From Chrysomallon squamiferum (lineage: Eukaryota > Animalia > Mollusca): a DNA stretch of 64,000 bases. Where the stretch lies: assembly GCA_012295275.1 (NCBI GenBank), contig CM022666.1, positions 11,594,001 to 11,658,000 of the forward strand. The letters are read 5' to 3'. Position 1 is the first letter of the stretch. Each line of letters starts with the position of its first letter. Shown one piece after another: positions 10,336 to 21,963 of the stretch. The translations under genes and the position numbers were made by a program. The notes beneath the pieces were generated by a model that ran no database searches, was not told the origin of the DNA, and worked only from the letters and a program-made list of their open reading frames with translations.

Positions 10336-12549
10336 ATGCACAGGAGAGGACGTTTTGGTGTATCGAAACAAATTAAAAGGTTTGTTGGACAGAGGCACGA
10401 ACTGACACTTTCCCAAAGAAAACTTGCCATTCAGTTGTTGGATCAAAATAGATCACAAAGTGAAGTAGCGAAAACATTAGCATGTTCTCAGTCTCAGATA
10501 TCAAGAATTGCAGCGAGGAGATTGGATATCCTAGCTTTGTATGATAAATGTAAAGACCCAGATTCTATCAGAAGAAAATCGAGGCCTAGAAATACTGGTC
10601 TAACGCCTGAGATAAAGAGTTTTCGTCAAAAGTTTGCGGCGAATAAAAATATTTTCACAAACAAAAAGGATCGTGCTTTAAACAAGAAAGACCTCAACGA
10701 CGTAATCAGTCGAATTGCACATTTAAGCAATAATTCAAGTTCAAACTGTAACTGCGAAATTAGTGAAACAAAAGAGAAAGTTAATGTTATGGAAGATATG
10801 TGCTCATCAACAAATGACGCTCTGCGACCTTCTGATGAGAAAGTCGCTCGGTGCACTGACGTAGACAATGCAGAATCAAGTGACGTAATAGATGATGATT
10901 TTCGAGTTCCAGACAGTATTGAGAGCACAGATTCGTTAAATTCCGACAGTCAAAATAATTACAGTGAAGACCAATTCATAAGTGACTTTGCTCACGACAC
11001 ATCAAACATGCGACCAAGAAGAGGCAAGGCACTGACTCTAGTACACAAAAAACTCATTATAGAAATGTTGGAAGCTAAAAAATCGCAGACAGAAATCGCC
11101 AGATTGTTTGGTAAATCCCAGTCAGTCGTATCAAGAATGGCCGCCAAGAAAGATAGAATTTTAGATCAGTGGAATAATATTAAAGGAAGCGATCATGCAA
11201 GACTATTACGTGAAAAAGACCAGTGTGAAATGTTGCTCTGTCCAAAGAAAAGCACAGCAAAAATGTCGACAGTAGGTATAATTTCAGAAGAAGAGGAAGC
11301 AACAAGTAGTTCTGATATATATCACAAGAGACAAGCACTTTCTCTTTCACAGAAAATGGAGATTATAGGGATGCTAAACCAAAGGTCGTCACAAAGGGAG
11401 ATCGCTAAATTGTACGGAAAATCTCAGGCAGTCATTTCAAGAATTGCTGGTCGAAAGGACATCATTTTAAGCGAATGGGAAAAACAAAACAGAATAAAAT
11501 CCCATCTTAGCGCTCTCTATCCAGATGTTACCGCGGTTACTGAAAGCGGCGTTAGTATTTACGATTCTTCTTCAGATGTATCTGCCTCTGAAATGCATGA
11601 ATCAGAAGACAATTATGTTACAGAAAATGTACTTACTGAGAGATACGACTTGAATGAGGAACGTTTAGAACCGGATAATGGGAGCAACAGTCAGCCTGAC
11701 TTGTCACAAGATGTACCATTTGAAGAAATTACAGAGAATTCGGCGATTCGGCCATCGGATGACGATATCCCTGAGCAAAACACAGCTGGGGAAATGCGAA
11801 ACTGGTATCGTCTTTCTGGTGAAGAAACAGGTAGAGAAGTGGATAGCTGTGCCAGGCTGGCGTTTCCAGATCATGACCGTGATATCCACAATTATGGAAT
11901 TCGCAATAAACGCGCTTTGTACTCGGTTCCGAGTATTAATCGAAGAAAGAGATATAGAGGATTGCTTCTCTCGGAACGTAAACTTGCCATTAAACTTCTG
12001 GAAGAGAACAAATCTCAAACAGAGATTGCCCGGATTCTAGGCTGTTCACAGTCGCAAATTTCTCGAATACAAGCGAAGAAAAATTCTATTCTCAATATGT
12101 CCGAGGACTGCCCTGTTGGGAACGTTCAAACAGAAGATATACTGAGGTATCATAACCCTGAACAGCCTGACTATGGCTGCAGTTCTGAGGGTCTGGATGT
12201 CATAACCAAGCAGAAGTGTTGTGACAGTGTTCTGTACTCAAGTATTTCAAACACGGCTCTCGTAAAACCAAGTTCAACGTGCTCTGAATTCGATTCAGCG
12301 GGTGATGAAGCAAACAGTGACCGAAACGATTACTTACTGGAAGCGAAAGACTCTTCTGCAAACCTGGAAGAAAATATGAGCGGGAAGTTTGAGGCTGTTG
12401 AAAGTGACCCGGTGCCCTCAGCAGCTGATGCTCTGAACGGTCTGAGGACAATAAGACGTTATATGCAGTTTTCAGGAATTCAAAATTTTCAGTTCTTTAA
12501 TTCGCTGGAATCACAGTTGTTTTGTCATATCAGTAAACTTTTGAGGTAA
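10336..12549 (+). CDS. Intronless 737-aa protein with four CENP-B-N/psq-like HTH repeats, acidic linkers and a CENP-B-like C-terminal dimerisation segment; probable domesticated pogo/Tigger-derived DNA-binding protein
   Basis: Uninterrupted 2.2-kb ORF in AT-rich DNA. Four ~50-aa repeats of the form R..L.L..(R/K)..I..L....SQ.E.A...(G/A).SQ...SR......IL start near 10393, 11017, 11326 and 11950. The C-terminus PVPSAADALNGLRTIRRYMQ...LESQL resembles the CENP-B/TIGD dimerisation tail. No DDE domain or terminal inverted repeats are recognisable. Confidence 0.85.
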   Translation: MHRRGRFGVSKQIKRFVGQRHELTLSQRKLAIQLLDQNRSQSEVAKTLACSQSQISRIAARRLDILALYDKCKDPDSIRRKSRPRNTGLTPEIKSFRQKFAANKNIFTNKKDRALNKKDLNDVISRIAHLSNNSSSNCNCEISETKEKVNVMEDMCSSTNDALRPSDEKVARCTDVDNAESSDVIDDDFRVPDSIESTDSLNSDSQNNYSEDQFISDFAHDTSNMRPRRGKALTLVHKKLIIEMLEAKKSQTEIARLFGKSQSVVSRMAAKKDRILDQWNNIKGSDHARLLREKDQCEMLLCPKKSTAKMSTVGIISEEEEATSSSDIYHKRQALSLSQKMEIIGMLNQRSSQREIAKLYGKSQAVISRIAGRKDIILSEWEKQNRIKSHLSALYPDVTAVTESGVSIYDSSSDVSASEMHESEDNYVTENVLTERYDLNEERLEPDNGSNSQPDLSQDVPFEEITENSAIRPSDDDIPEQNTAGEMRNWYRLSGEETGREVDSCARLAFPDHDRDIHNYGIRNKRALYSVPSINRRKRYRGLLLSERKLAIKLLEENKSQTEIARILGCSQSQISRIQAKKNSILNMSEDCPVGNVQTEDILRYHNPEQPDYGCSSEGLDVITKQKCCDSVLYSSISNTALVKPSSTCSEFDSAGDEANSDRNDYLLEAKDSSANLEENMSGKFEAVESDPVPSAADALNGLRTIRRYMQFSGIQNFQFFNSLESQLFCHISKLLR

Positions 12550-13467
12550 TTTACTGAAACGGGTATTTTTTCAAAATATATCTCATCAGTAACACTGGAT
12601 TTTTATTATTTTTATTATTATTTTTTAATTTTACACTTCTAATTTAATTTTTTTTTTCATTCTCATATATATATATATATATATATATACTGAATATATT
12701 ATTGATAGCTGTCGGTATTTTAATACAATAATTAATATTGTTACTCTGGTATTTGTTTATTGTTATTATGATGTATATTTATACGGGTGTATTCGAAAAG
12801 TCTAGCAGCGGGGATAGAATGTTAAGTACAAGTTTCTGTTGATTTGAATAAAACAAAACGTAAACGATTCGAAATATTTAAAAACTGAATCAAAATGAAT
12901 AGAAAAGAGGAATGATTATTGTTGAAATGTTGGCAATTTTGAATAACAAATTTACTATTTACCTCTAGTTTTATATAAAACACTAGAATTCAGGTTTCTT
13001 ACGGATAAGTTTAAAAAAATACAACTGTTGCATGTTTTGACTTTCTAATTTTTAATTAATTAATTTAATTATTTATTTATTTATTTTTGATTATCGGAAA
13101 AAACGGCGAGTTACATTATCGTAAAACGTGTTGAGCGCTGTTTAAGTGTTATTTAACAGGTCTGATTTAACTGAAACCTTTAAATGAATATAAAAATAAA
13201 CACGTTTATACCTCATTCGAGTTCAAAAGTGAAAATACAAATCAGGGATATATGTGTTACTATTAATAAATTATGATTTTCATAATTTTAAAAATATTTT
13301 GAACCTTCACAGACACCCATTTTAATAATCATATTTTTTTTTCTCTGTGTATTTTGTATTACCTTTATTATTATTAAAAAAAAAAAAAAAAGTTTTTCAT
13401 CTAATTATCGTAATTTATATTAGTACATTTGCAGTGTATTATTGCTTTGATCACATTAGTTAATTTA

Positions 13468-13647
13468 CCCTTTGAACCCGAGCGGTTACCTTCATGTTTT
13501 TTTTTTTTTTTAAATTAATAACGCCATGGTTATTAGACATTCAGCCATTCAGGTTGTAGAGACATAAAATAGATATTGCAGATTTCGGGGAATATGGGTG
13601 GTTGAGTGTTTGGTTACTATATTTATGTGACAGCTCGGGTTCAAAGG
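13468..13647. mobile_element. Short MITE, piggyBac-like end
   Basis: Perfect 15-bp inverted repeat CCTTTGAACCCGAGC ... GCTCGGGTTCAAAGG. The left end starts CCC after TTTA; the right flank is not TTAA. Confidence 0.55.
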
Positions 13648-13897
13648 TGACAAGAGGTGTAAAGAGCTCACCTACACAGTGTTGATGTTATTTAGTTTAA
13701 ATTGTCCTTTATTGGCTTTTTATTGTTTGTTATCATGATGATAGTTTTTGATTATATTTCACGTCTTTTGATGAGTAACTTCATGCATTTGTCTTATTTT
13801 AACATTTCATGTGAGTAGCATCAGAGTAGGTAAATTAATAAATTAAACTGTTGATAACATAAAATAAATGAACTTTTGGATTCAGAATTCTTCTTAA

Positions 13898-13901
<4 letters not shown>

Positions 13902-13987
<86 letters not shown>
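13902..13987. repeat. (CT)n microsatellite
   Basis: Pure TC run; a similar run lies at about 62715-62785. Confidence 0.95.
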
Positions 13988-13990
<3 letters not shown>

Positions 13991-16900
13991 CGTAAATTGC
14001 AAGTAATTCTTATTTTTACTAACTGGATTAGTTAGATCATATTGATCATTATCATTTTATAATAAGTTTGACTTCGTTTAAATGAATTTAACATTATTGT
14101 TTAGTGGCATTAATCATGATGAAGACAGTTATTTAAATCTTTCATTACGAAATAGAAAACTGATACTACGAAAGGCGCATTTAACAAGTTAGTGACTAAA
14201 TGTAATACTGTGTACGAGCGAAAAAAAAAAAGACAAAAAAAAAAAAAAAAGTATTCATTTACTTATTATTATTAAAAAAAAAATTTTTTCCAAAACCCAG
14301 GGCCAAAACTTATTACCTCAGTTATTTTACAATCACAGTATAGCAGTTTTACGAAATTTTATCACTTATTAGAAACATGTAATAAAAATGTTTGAAGATA
14401 AAAAATAATGTTCGTTTTTTGCCAGTTATTATATGTGTAAAGTTTTTTCAGTATCTTTTTATTTCAGTTTTGTACATTTTTATGTTTGTAATATTTTTTT
14501 ATTTTGTTCAAATTACCCATGAAATAAGATATTTTATTATTTTTTCGACAATGCAATTAATAACGTGACAATGACATTACAAGACAATCAGTAGAATAGG
14601 GGAGACAACTAATTTGTTAGCTTACTGCAGAGTAATCGTTACTTCCCTTTAGCTTTAGCTTTAACCTCATAATGATCATGATGATAAATGTTGTTGTTAA
14701 TTATTATTATTATTATTATTGTTATTATTATTATTATTATTATCTACTAATTAGTTTTTGGTTTGTCCATTACAAAATGTGGCGGTTCTCACGGTGATTT
14801 TTTAGCGGGTTTTGCGAAAATTGTACAATACCAGTACGTTTTGGACAACCGTAATTATTAAAATATTTATTTATTTATTTATTTATTTATTTATTATTGT
14901 TATTGTTATCTTTATTTTTATTTATTTTTATTATCTGATTATTATTGAATTTGCTTGAATGGTTGTTTTCTTTTTACAGACCATTTATTAATAAACTAAT
15001 ACGTTTATTAAAAGACTTTATTTTAGTCTTGAAACAACTAACAATTCTGTATTTAATTAATAATTTGTTTTATCTTAATTATTTGCAACCTCAGTATGTT
15101 TTTCTCACTACGATTTAAGTGTTTTATTCCTTGCAACTGAGAACTATCAAATACTAACGTAACTGCGGACCAACATATTTAACTTAGCGTGTAAATAACA
15201 CCTACAAACTGAGCCAACATACTTACGTCACTGTATTACAGAGATCTGTTCACTTTGACATCACAGACAAAAATCTTGTTAGGTGGGTATTCAAACACAA
15301 CGCAATCTGTCCAAGAGAAATTTTCTATTTCATTACTATACGTAATCACCCACGTTTGTATCATTTATAGTTGTTGTCCTATTGTTCTGTTTGTTATGAA
15401 AAACATTAAAAAAAAATAATAATAATTATAAAATGTTTGGATTTATAAATGCTTGTAACATGTTTTTGATTGTCTTGTCTTTTTATTTCATGTCAGAACG
15501 TTTAATACTTGTATTGTCTACTGTGTTAGCTTATTTAGCTAAACAGAAATACTCATTTCACAAAGTTTAAATCTGATAACTTATAAATAAAAATGGATGA
15601 TGGTGAATGGTGATGATGATAATAGAAAGAACAACAAAAACAGCTCTAACAAAAAAAAATAATAAACATTCCAAAGTATTTTTTTTTTTTTTTTTTTTTC
15701 ATTTATTTCCACTCTTATAAAATCCAAAACCTGCCGCAGTTCAAATTCATGGAGATCAATAATTCAGAGTAAAAACACTTGAAAGTGAATAACATACTTG
15801 CAGTTTGCTAAGTTTGGGTTTCATATTTTTTTTGGTAATTTATTTTATTTAAAAAAAAAAAACAAAAAAAAAAAAAAAGAAAAGAACAACATAAAAAAAA
15901 AAAAACAAAATAACTGGTATGAAATTAAAACAAAACAAAAAAACAATAGATAACTTACTAGCATAAATACCTTTCAGATAATGATTAATAAAATGAAATA
16001 AAACGAATAGAATTAAGTTTTTTTACCCTATATAATTATTTTATATATATTTATTTTATGTAATAGTAGAATAAAAACAAATTCACCTGTACAAATAATC
16101 ATTATAAAATATTTTTGTGGATGTATTTAGATAAAACTATTAATTTTTTCTATTTTGAATATATATATATTTATATTAGACATATTTAGTACTGTATATT
16201 ATGTGCCATATCAGCAGTATCTGTTATTAGAATAAACTTTTTCAAAACGTGTTTTTCATGTAAAGGATTTGTTTTTGTGCACACACACAAAGATATTTCA
16301 AGAGAAAAAATTTGCATTATATCCTTAGATAAATTTCTATAATGCAGAAATTCTAACCGTACAAGTGTATTTCCCAAGTTGTTAGAGCAGCTTTAAACAA
16401 AACTGAGCAGAATTCTCATTTCTTTTAAGAGAACAGTGGTGAGAGGAAGATTTAAACAGGTATTGGCGCCGGCTGAAAATTGTTTTCTCATCTCGGCACA
16501 GATTCACACTGTTCAAAGGCGGATGTGATGGTGCCGAAATAAAGAGCAACATTTCATCTTTCCAATGCGCTGCTTGTTTTTCTTTTGGTGATGTTCTTTT
16601 TATTTATTTTAAGAATCAGGCAATTTCAGATACTCATAGAGCGTGGCGTGCTTTCCTAAGAAAAATTATTTTAGCTTGTTTTTAGCCAACATTTCACTTT
16701 ATTCTGGTGAATAATTGCGCATGTTTTCATAAAGATTTTCTTATGGTATAAAAAAAAATCAAGCTAAAGGACATGAATAGAAAAAGCTTTTTGATGAGGA
16801 CCAGATAAATTGGCATATGTTCAAAGTAAACATCAAAATGAAACTGGATAATCCCAAAGAAGGTGTTAATACCCTTGGGAAATATAAACTGAAATATACG

Positions 16901-17434
16901 TAGCTTTATAAGCACACTGTTAGTATAGACTGGTGAACTCAGCTATATCTTACCCTGCAGGTGAGCTTTGTCAGTTGACCCACCCACAGTCAACCTACCC
17001 TACCGTGTTTGTGGCCTATAGTCAGTCGTCTTGTAACACCAGTTTACACTTTTTCAGTCTAAACAATGCTGTTTGAATTTTAAAGAAATCGGATTATATT
17101 TGAAGACATTGTATATAAAACAGAAAGATATGAGCTGGTAAAAATCAGCATTTTCTCAAAAGTGCTTTTTAATTTAATTTAATTTTTTTATTTTTTTATT
17201 TATTTTTTTATTTTTTATTTTTTATTATTTTTTTGGACTGAAACACTGGAGAAAATTATTTGGCATCACATTTTTTGGCAATAGAGTAAGAAACATATTT
17301 TCTTTCCTGGCTTATTTTTTTTTGTAAAAAGAGCTGTAACAGGAAATAAATGACAGTTATTGTTCCAAGAGGAAATTTAAATATTAGTGATACAGTGATA
17401 GGCATAGGCAACCTTTCTGGAGAAGCGGTTGCAG

Positions 17435-19084
17435 AAACGTAGTTTTCACTGTGTGTGACACATGGCTGTATCAGGCTCTGCTAGTAAACGTAGTTTTCGC
17501 TCTGTGTGACACATGGCTGTATCAGGCTCTGCTAGTAAACGTAGTTTTCACTGTGTGTGACACATGGCTGTATCAGGCTCTGCTAGTAAACGTAGTTTTC
17601 ACTCTGTGTGACACATGGCTGTATCAGGCTCTGCTAGTAAACGTAGTTTTCACTCTGTGTGACACATTGTATCAGGCTCTGCTGTGACACACATGGCTGT
17701 ATCAGGCTCTGCTAGTAAACGTAGTTTTCGCTGTGTGACACATGGCTGTATCAGACTCTGCTAGTAAACGTAGTTTTCGCTGTGTGTGACATGGCTGTAT
17801 CAGGCTGCTAGTAAACGTAGTTTTCGCAGGGCTCTGCTAGTAAACGTAGTTTTCGCTGTGTGTGACACATGGCTGTATCAGACTCTGCTAGTAAACGTAG
17901 TTTTCGCTGTGTGTGACACATGGCTGTATCAGACTGCTAGTAAACGTTGTTTTCGCTGTGTGTGACACATGGCTGTATCAGACTCTGCTAGTAAACGTTT
18001 TTTTCACTCTGCTGTAAACGTAGTTTTCACACATGGCTGTATCAGGCTCTGCTAGTAAACGTTGTTTTCACTCTGTGTGACACATGGCTGTATCAGGCTC
18101 TGCTAGTAAACGTAGTTTTCACACATGGCTGTATCAGGCTCTGCTAGCATGGCTCAGACTCTGCTAGTAAACGTTGTTTTCGCTGTGTGTTTTCATGGCT
18201 GTATCAGACTCTGCTAGTAAACGTAGTTTTCATGGCTGTGTCAGACTCTGCTAGTAAACGTAGTTTTCGCAGTGTGTGACACATGGCTGTATCAGACTCT
18301 GCTAGTAAACGTAGTTTTCGCTGTGTGTGACACATGGCTGTATCAGACTCTGCTAGTAAACGTAGTTTTCGCTGTGTGACACATCGCTGTATCAGGCTCT
18401 GCTAGTAAACGTAGTTTTCACTGTGTGTGACACATGGCTGTATCAGGCTCTGCTAGTAAACGTAGTTTTCACTGTGTGTGACACATGGCTGTATCAGGCT
18501 CTGCTAGTAAACGTAGTTTTCGCTGTGTGACACATGGCTGTATCAGGCTCTGCTAGTAAACGTAGTTTTCGCTGTGTGTGACACATGGCTGTATCAGACT
18601 CTGCTAGTAAACGTAGTTTTCGCAGTGTGTGACACATGGCTGTATCAGACTCTGCTAGTAAACGTAGTTTTCGCAGTGTGTGACACATGGCTGTATCAGA
18701 CTCTGCTAGTAAACGTAGTTTTCGCTGTGTGTGACACATGGCTGTATCAGACTCTGCTAGTAAACGTAGTTTTCGCTGTGTGACACACATGGCTGTATCA
18801 GACTCTGCTAGTAAACGTAGTTTTCGCTGTGTGTGACACATGGCTGTATCAGACTCTGCTAGTAAACGTAGTTTTCGCTGTGTGTGACACATGGCTGTAT
18901 CAGGCTCTGCTAGTAAACGTAGTTTTCGCTGTGTGACACATGGCTGTATCAGGCTCTGCTAGTAAACGTAGTTTTCGCTCTGTGTGACACATGGCTGTAT
19001 CAGGCTCTGCTAGTAAACGTAGTTTTCGCAGTGTGTGACACATGGCTGTATCAGACTCTGCTAGTAAACGTAGTTTTCGCTGTG
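17435..19084. repeat. 51-bp minisatellite array, about 32 units
   Basis: Unit GTGTGTGACACATGGCTGTATCAG(A/G)CTCTGCTAGTAAACGTAGTTTTC(G/A)CT repeated head-to-tail with no unique spacers. The 17-aa periodicity in the ORF track confirms the 51-bp period. The middle (about 17660-18260) is rich in deletions. Confidence 0.97.
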
Positions 19085-19289
19085 AAATCAGGCTTGCTAT
19101 ACAGAAAGCCCCGCGGCTGAAGTTTGCCAGTGACTGGTATAAACAATTAAAACAGTATAAAGTTGAGTGTCAAACTGCAAGGTAAAGAAAAACTAAAATT
19201 CTGTTTGAAATTTAAAGAATAATAAAATGTTAAATAGCTCAATCCACTGAAAGAAATGGCAAGTCCGTTTATCAAAAGTCAAGGGATTA

Positions 19290-19770
19290 TTTTATCCCGC
19301 CTTTCCGGTGACAATATTTTTGCACGTAATGTTCATGTACGTATGTAGGATTATTACATATCTGTAGATTAGGATATAGTCTTTGCACACAAGGATCGAA
19401 TAAGTTGAATTTCAGCAGATCCGAAAATTTACACGTGGTGGTTATTTTTATATCTATGTTGAACCACCACGCCGCACCTGTATTGAACAATCGGTGGAAA
19501 TAAGCGTCATTTGACCCTGCAACCCACCTTGCTGATTATTGCAGCTGCAGCCATATTTGACATAGAAAGTTTAGATACAGTGACCTCGTCACACTGACGT
19601 CATAATCGAGTAACGTCATAATCGAGTGAAAGCAACACCGCCACCGAACCTGACAGTCAACCTGAACCTGAACAGCACTGGGCAACGCCAGAATCCGTAA
19701 ATGAAGATCCCGATCCTGAAAATAGAGAATGTGAGTCGTGAGAGAGAAGAGCACCGTGAGTCACAAGGAC
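19290..19770 (+). pseudogene. Possible degenerate retrotransposon (Ty3/Gypsy integrase C-terminus) relic
   Basis: GC-richer island with broken frames reading GDNIFARNVHVR, GGNKRHLTLQPTLL and SESNTATEPDSQPEPEQ...ES*ERRAP*. The order resembles Gypsy pol tails (GDxVxxRN, RTLHRNLL, acidic stretch, RxRRxP). Many stop codons. Confidence 0.3.
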
Positions 19771-21147
19771 TAGACAGTAGCAGCACTAATGTCCCTTAGC
19801 TCTTTGAATCTACTACCAACAAATCCGGGATGGTCGATGCTTCTTCAGAGCCGTAAATAGCCAGACACAAACTTCAAAACAGTGCCAGAGATGAGGATGG
19901 ACATTCAGTTGAATTCCGAGTTGACACAGTCAGATAAACTTGTGATTACATACGACGATCAAATGGTATGAGGATCTGGACAATATACCTGACACAGTGA
20001 ATATGCTATTTTGAATTAATGTTTATTCCTTCTTTCGTTTTTATTTTTCTAATTCTGTGGTACACCAGTCTCAATTAAGGCAAAAGATAATGTACAGAAA
20101 ATGGAATTTACAAAGGATGCACGGTGTTCTTATATTGAACCACTTTGTTGTTACACTGAACCGCGGTTCAATATCAGAACCGACACGGTTCAATGTAAGT
20201 CACGGGGGCCCTAAACTGAGCATTTGTCAGTATTTTTCAATTGGTCTAAAACACTTGGAGTGTATAAAGATAAACTTTTTTTACTTTAGAAGGGACTTAG
20301 GGATTCTATCAACTACGACTAGATTGGTCTTCATAGATTCCATCTGAGAAATGAAGGTCCGAAGTCAATATACTTCCCCTATGTTGATTTTTATTTATTT
20401 TCTTTTTTTTAAAGTAATAACGAAACTAACCAAATTAAAAAATTAAATTAAAAATGTCACCATCACCATTGTGACTATCCTGCAACAAATAAAATAAAAT
20501 AAAATAAAATAAAATAAAATAACACTTCTAGAAATTTTAGAATGAATTATTTCCTTTGACAAAGTATATTCAATACTGTTTTCCTGAAATAAACAACTAC
20601 ATAAACAACAATAATAGCTGTGATGACGATTTTAAACCTTTGTAATTTTTCATGACAAAAAAGAAGGAAGAGAAATAATTCAGATCATAATTTAGAAAAC
20701 CAATCATCCTTACAAAATTTATATCTAAAATGAAACAAAGCACAGATTATACAAACAACAAATCTGACAAAATAATTTATATGGATTGGCACTCTGTAAT
20801 TCTGCGTAAAGCTTTGAACTGTTAGAGGAGTTCTACGTAAGAAAAATACATATATTATTAAGAAATTAGAGAAAACTGAAGGCTTCAATACGCCGTGTTC
20901 AAAAAGGTTCAAAAGACTGAGTTGACGGATGCTGCCCACAGTTGCATTGCTGAAGTGCAACACAAAATTATAATATATCATTTTTTCATTTTTTTAAATT
21001 TTATTTATTTATTTATTATTATTAATCATGAAGAAAATATAATTCATATTGTTATAGTGATATAATAAAAACTGTTCATCAGTTCAAATCCAAATTTTGT
21101 AGGCTTCATAAACATTCGAAATGTCAAATGTAAGGAAAAAAACCAAC

Positions 21148-21195
<48 letters not shown>

Positions 21196-21406
21196 CAAAC
21201 TCCATTAATAAATACTTTCATGGATGAAATACATTAAATACGAAAATCCTTTTATTAATCCAACAAAAGCTTTCTACACTAAATATTTGTAAGCTTGTCC
21301 TGTTTTTTTATTTTTTGTTATTATTATTTTTATTTTCAATGTCAGTTTTATTATTCTTTGTTTTCTCTCTCTAAATCTTTCACTTCCCTTCTCTCTGATT
21401 CTCTCT

Positions 21407-21465
<59 letters not shown>

Positions 21466-21932
21466 AGTTACAAATAAACAAGCTGTATTTTCTTTTGGCT
21501 TATTTATTCTATTCTTATTCTTATTATCATCATCATCATCATTAATGTTAAAATTAGAATTATTATCTTACTTTTTTGTTCAATTTCTATTATGTTACTC
21601 GAATATTATTTCTTTATTTATTTATTAAAAAGGGTAGTCATGCATTATTTTGCTTGCCACGTTTACCCATTCTGACATAATGGAATTTCTTTTAGCCGTA
21701 CAATTCAAGCTTATTTAGATAGTAATTTAGCAAGGCTGATCACAAAACAATTGGTTTATTTTTTTTTTTTTTTTTTTTTTGTAATTGCTTGCTATTTTAT
21801 TTGAATTTTAAATTAATATCTCTGTTTGGAAAACTAAACGAACTGTAATCATAGCAAACGTTTTTTAATGTTAATTTTAAATTCATTTATGTTAAATAAT
21901 TATATTCAGTATTGATTTTTGGATAATATTAA

Positions 21933-21963
<31 letters not shown>

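Noticed and set aside
10626-12451. Antisense and alternative-frame ORFs over the 737-aa ORF, and similar ones over the neuropeptide, GPALPP1 and GALNT exons
   Set aside because: Shadow ORFs of real coding sequence with no independent motifs.
10336-12549. Bacterial HTH regulator or active transposase (contamination or horizontal transfer)
   Set aside because: No DDE domain, terminal inverted repeats or operon context. The repeats and tail match eukaryotic CENP-B/Tigger style and the flanks are host-like.
12782-13320. Possible mariner-like remnant (ACGGGTGT ... ACACCCAT)
   Set aside because: The inverted match is only about 6 bp, which is too weak.
17435-19084. CRISPR-like array or repeat-protein ORFs (CDTWLYQ..., MCHTQRKLR...)
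   Set aside because: The units are head-to-tail with no unique spacers and no cas genes nearby. The ORFs arise because 51 is a multiple of 3 and are broken by frequent 2-bp indels.
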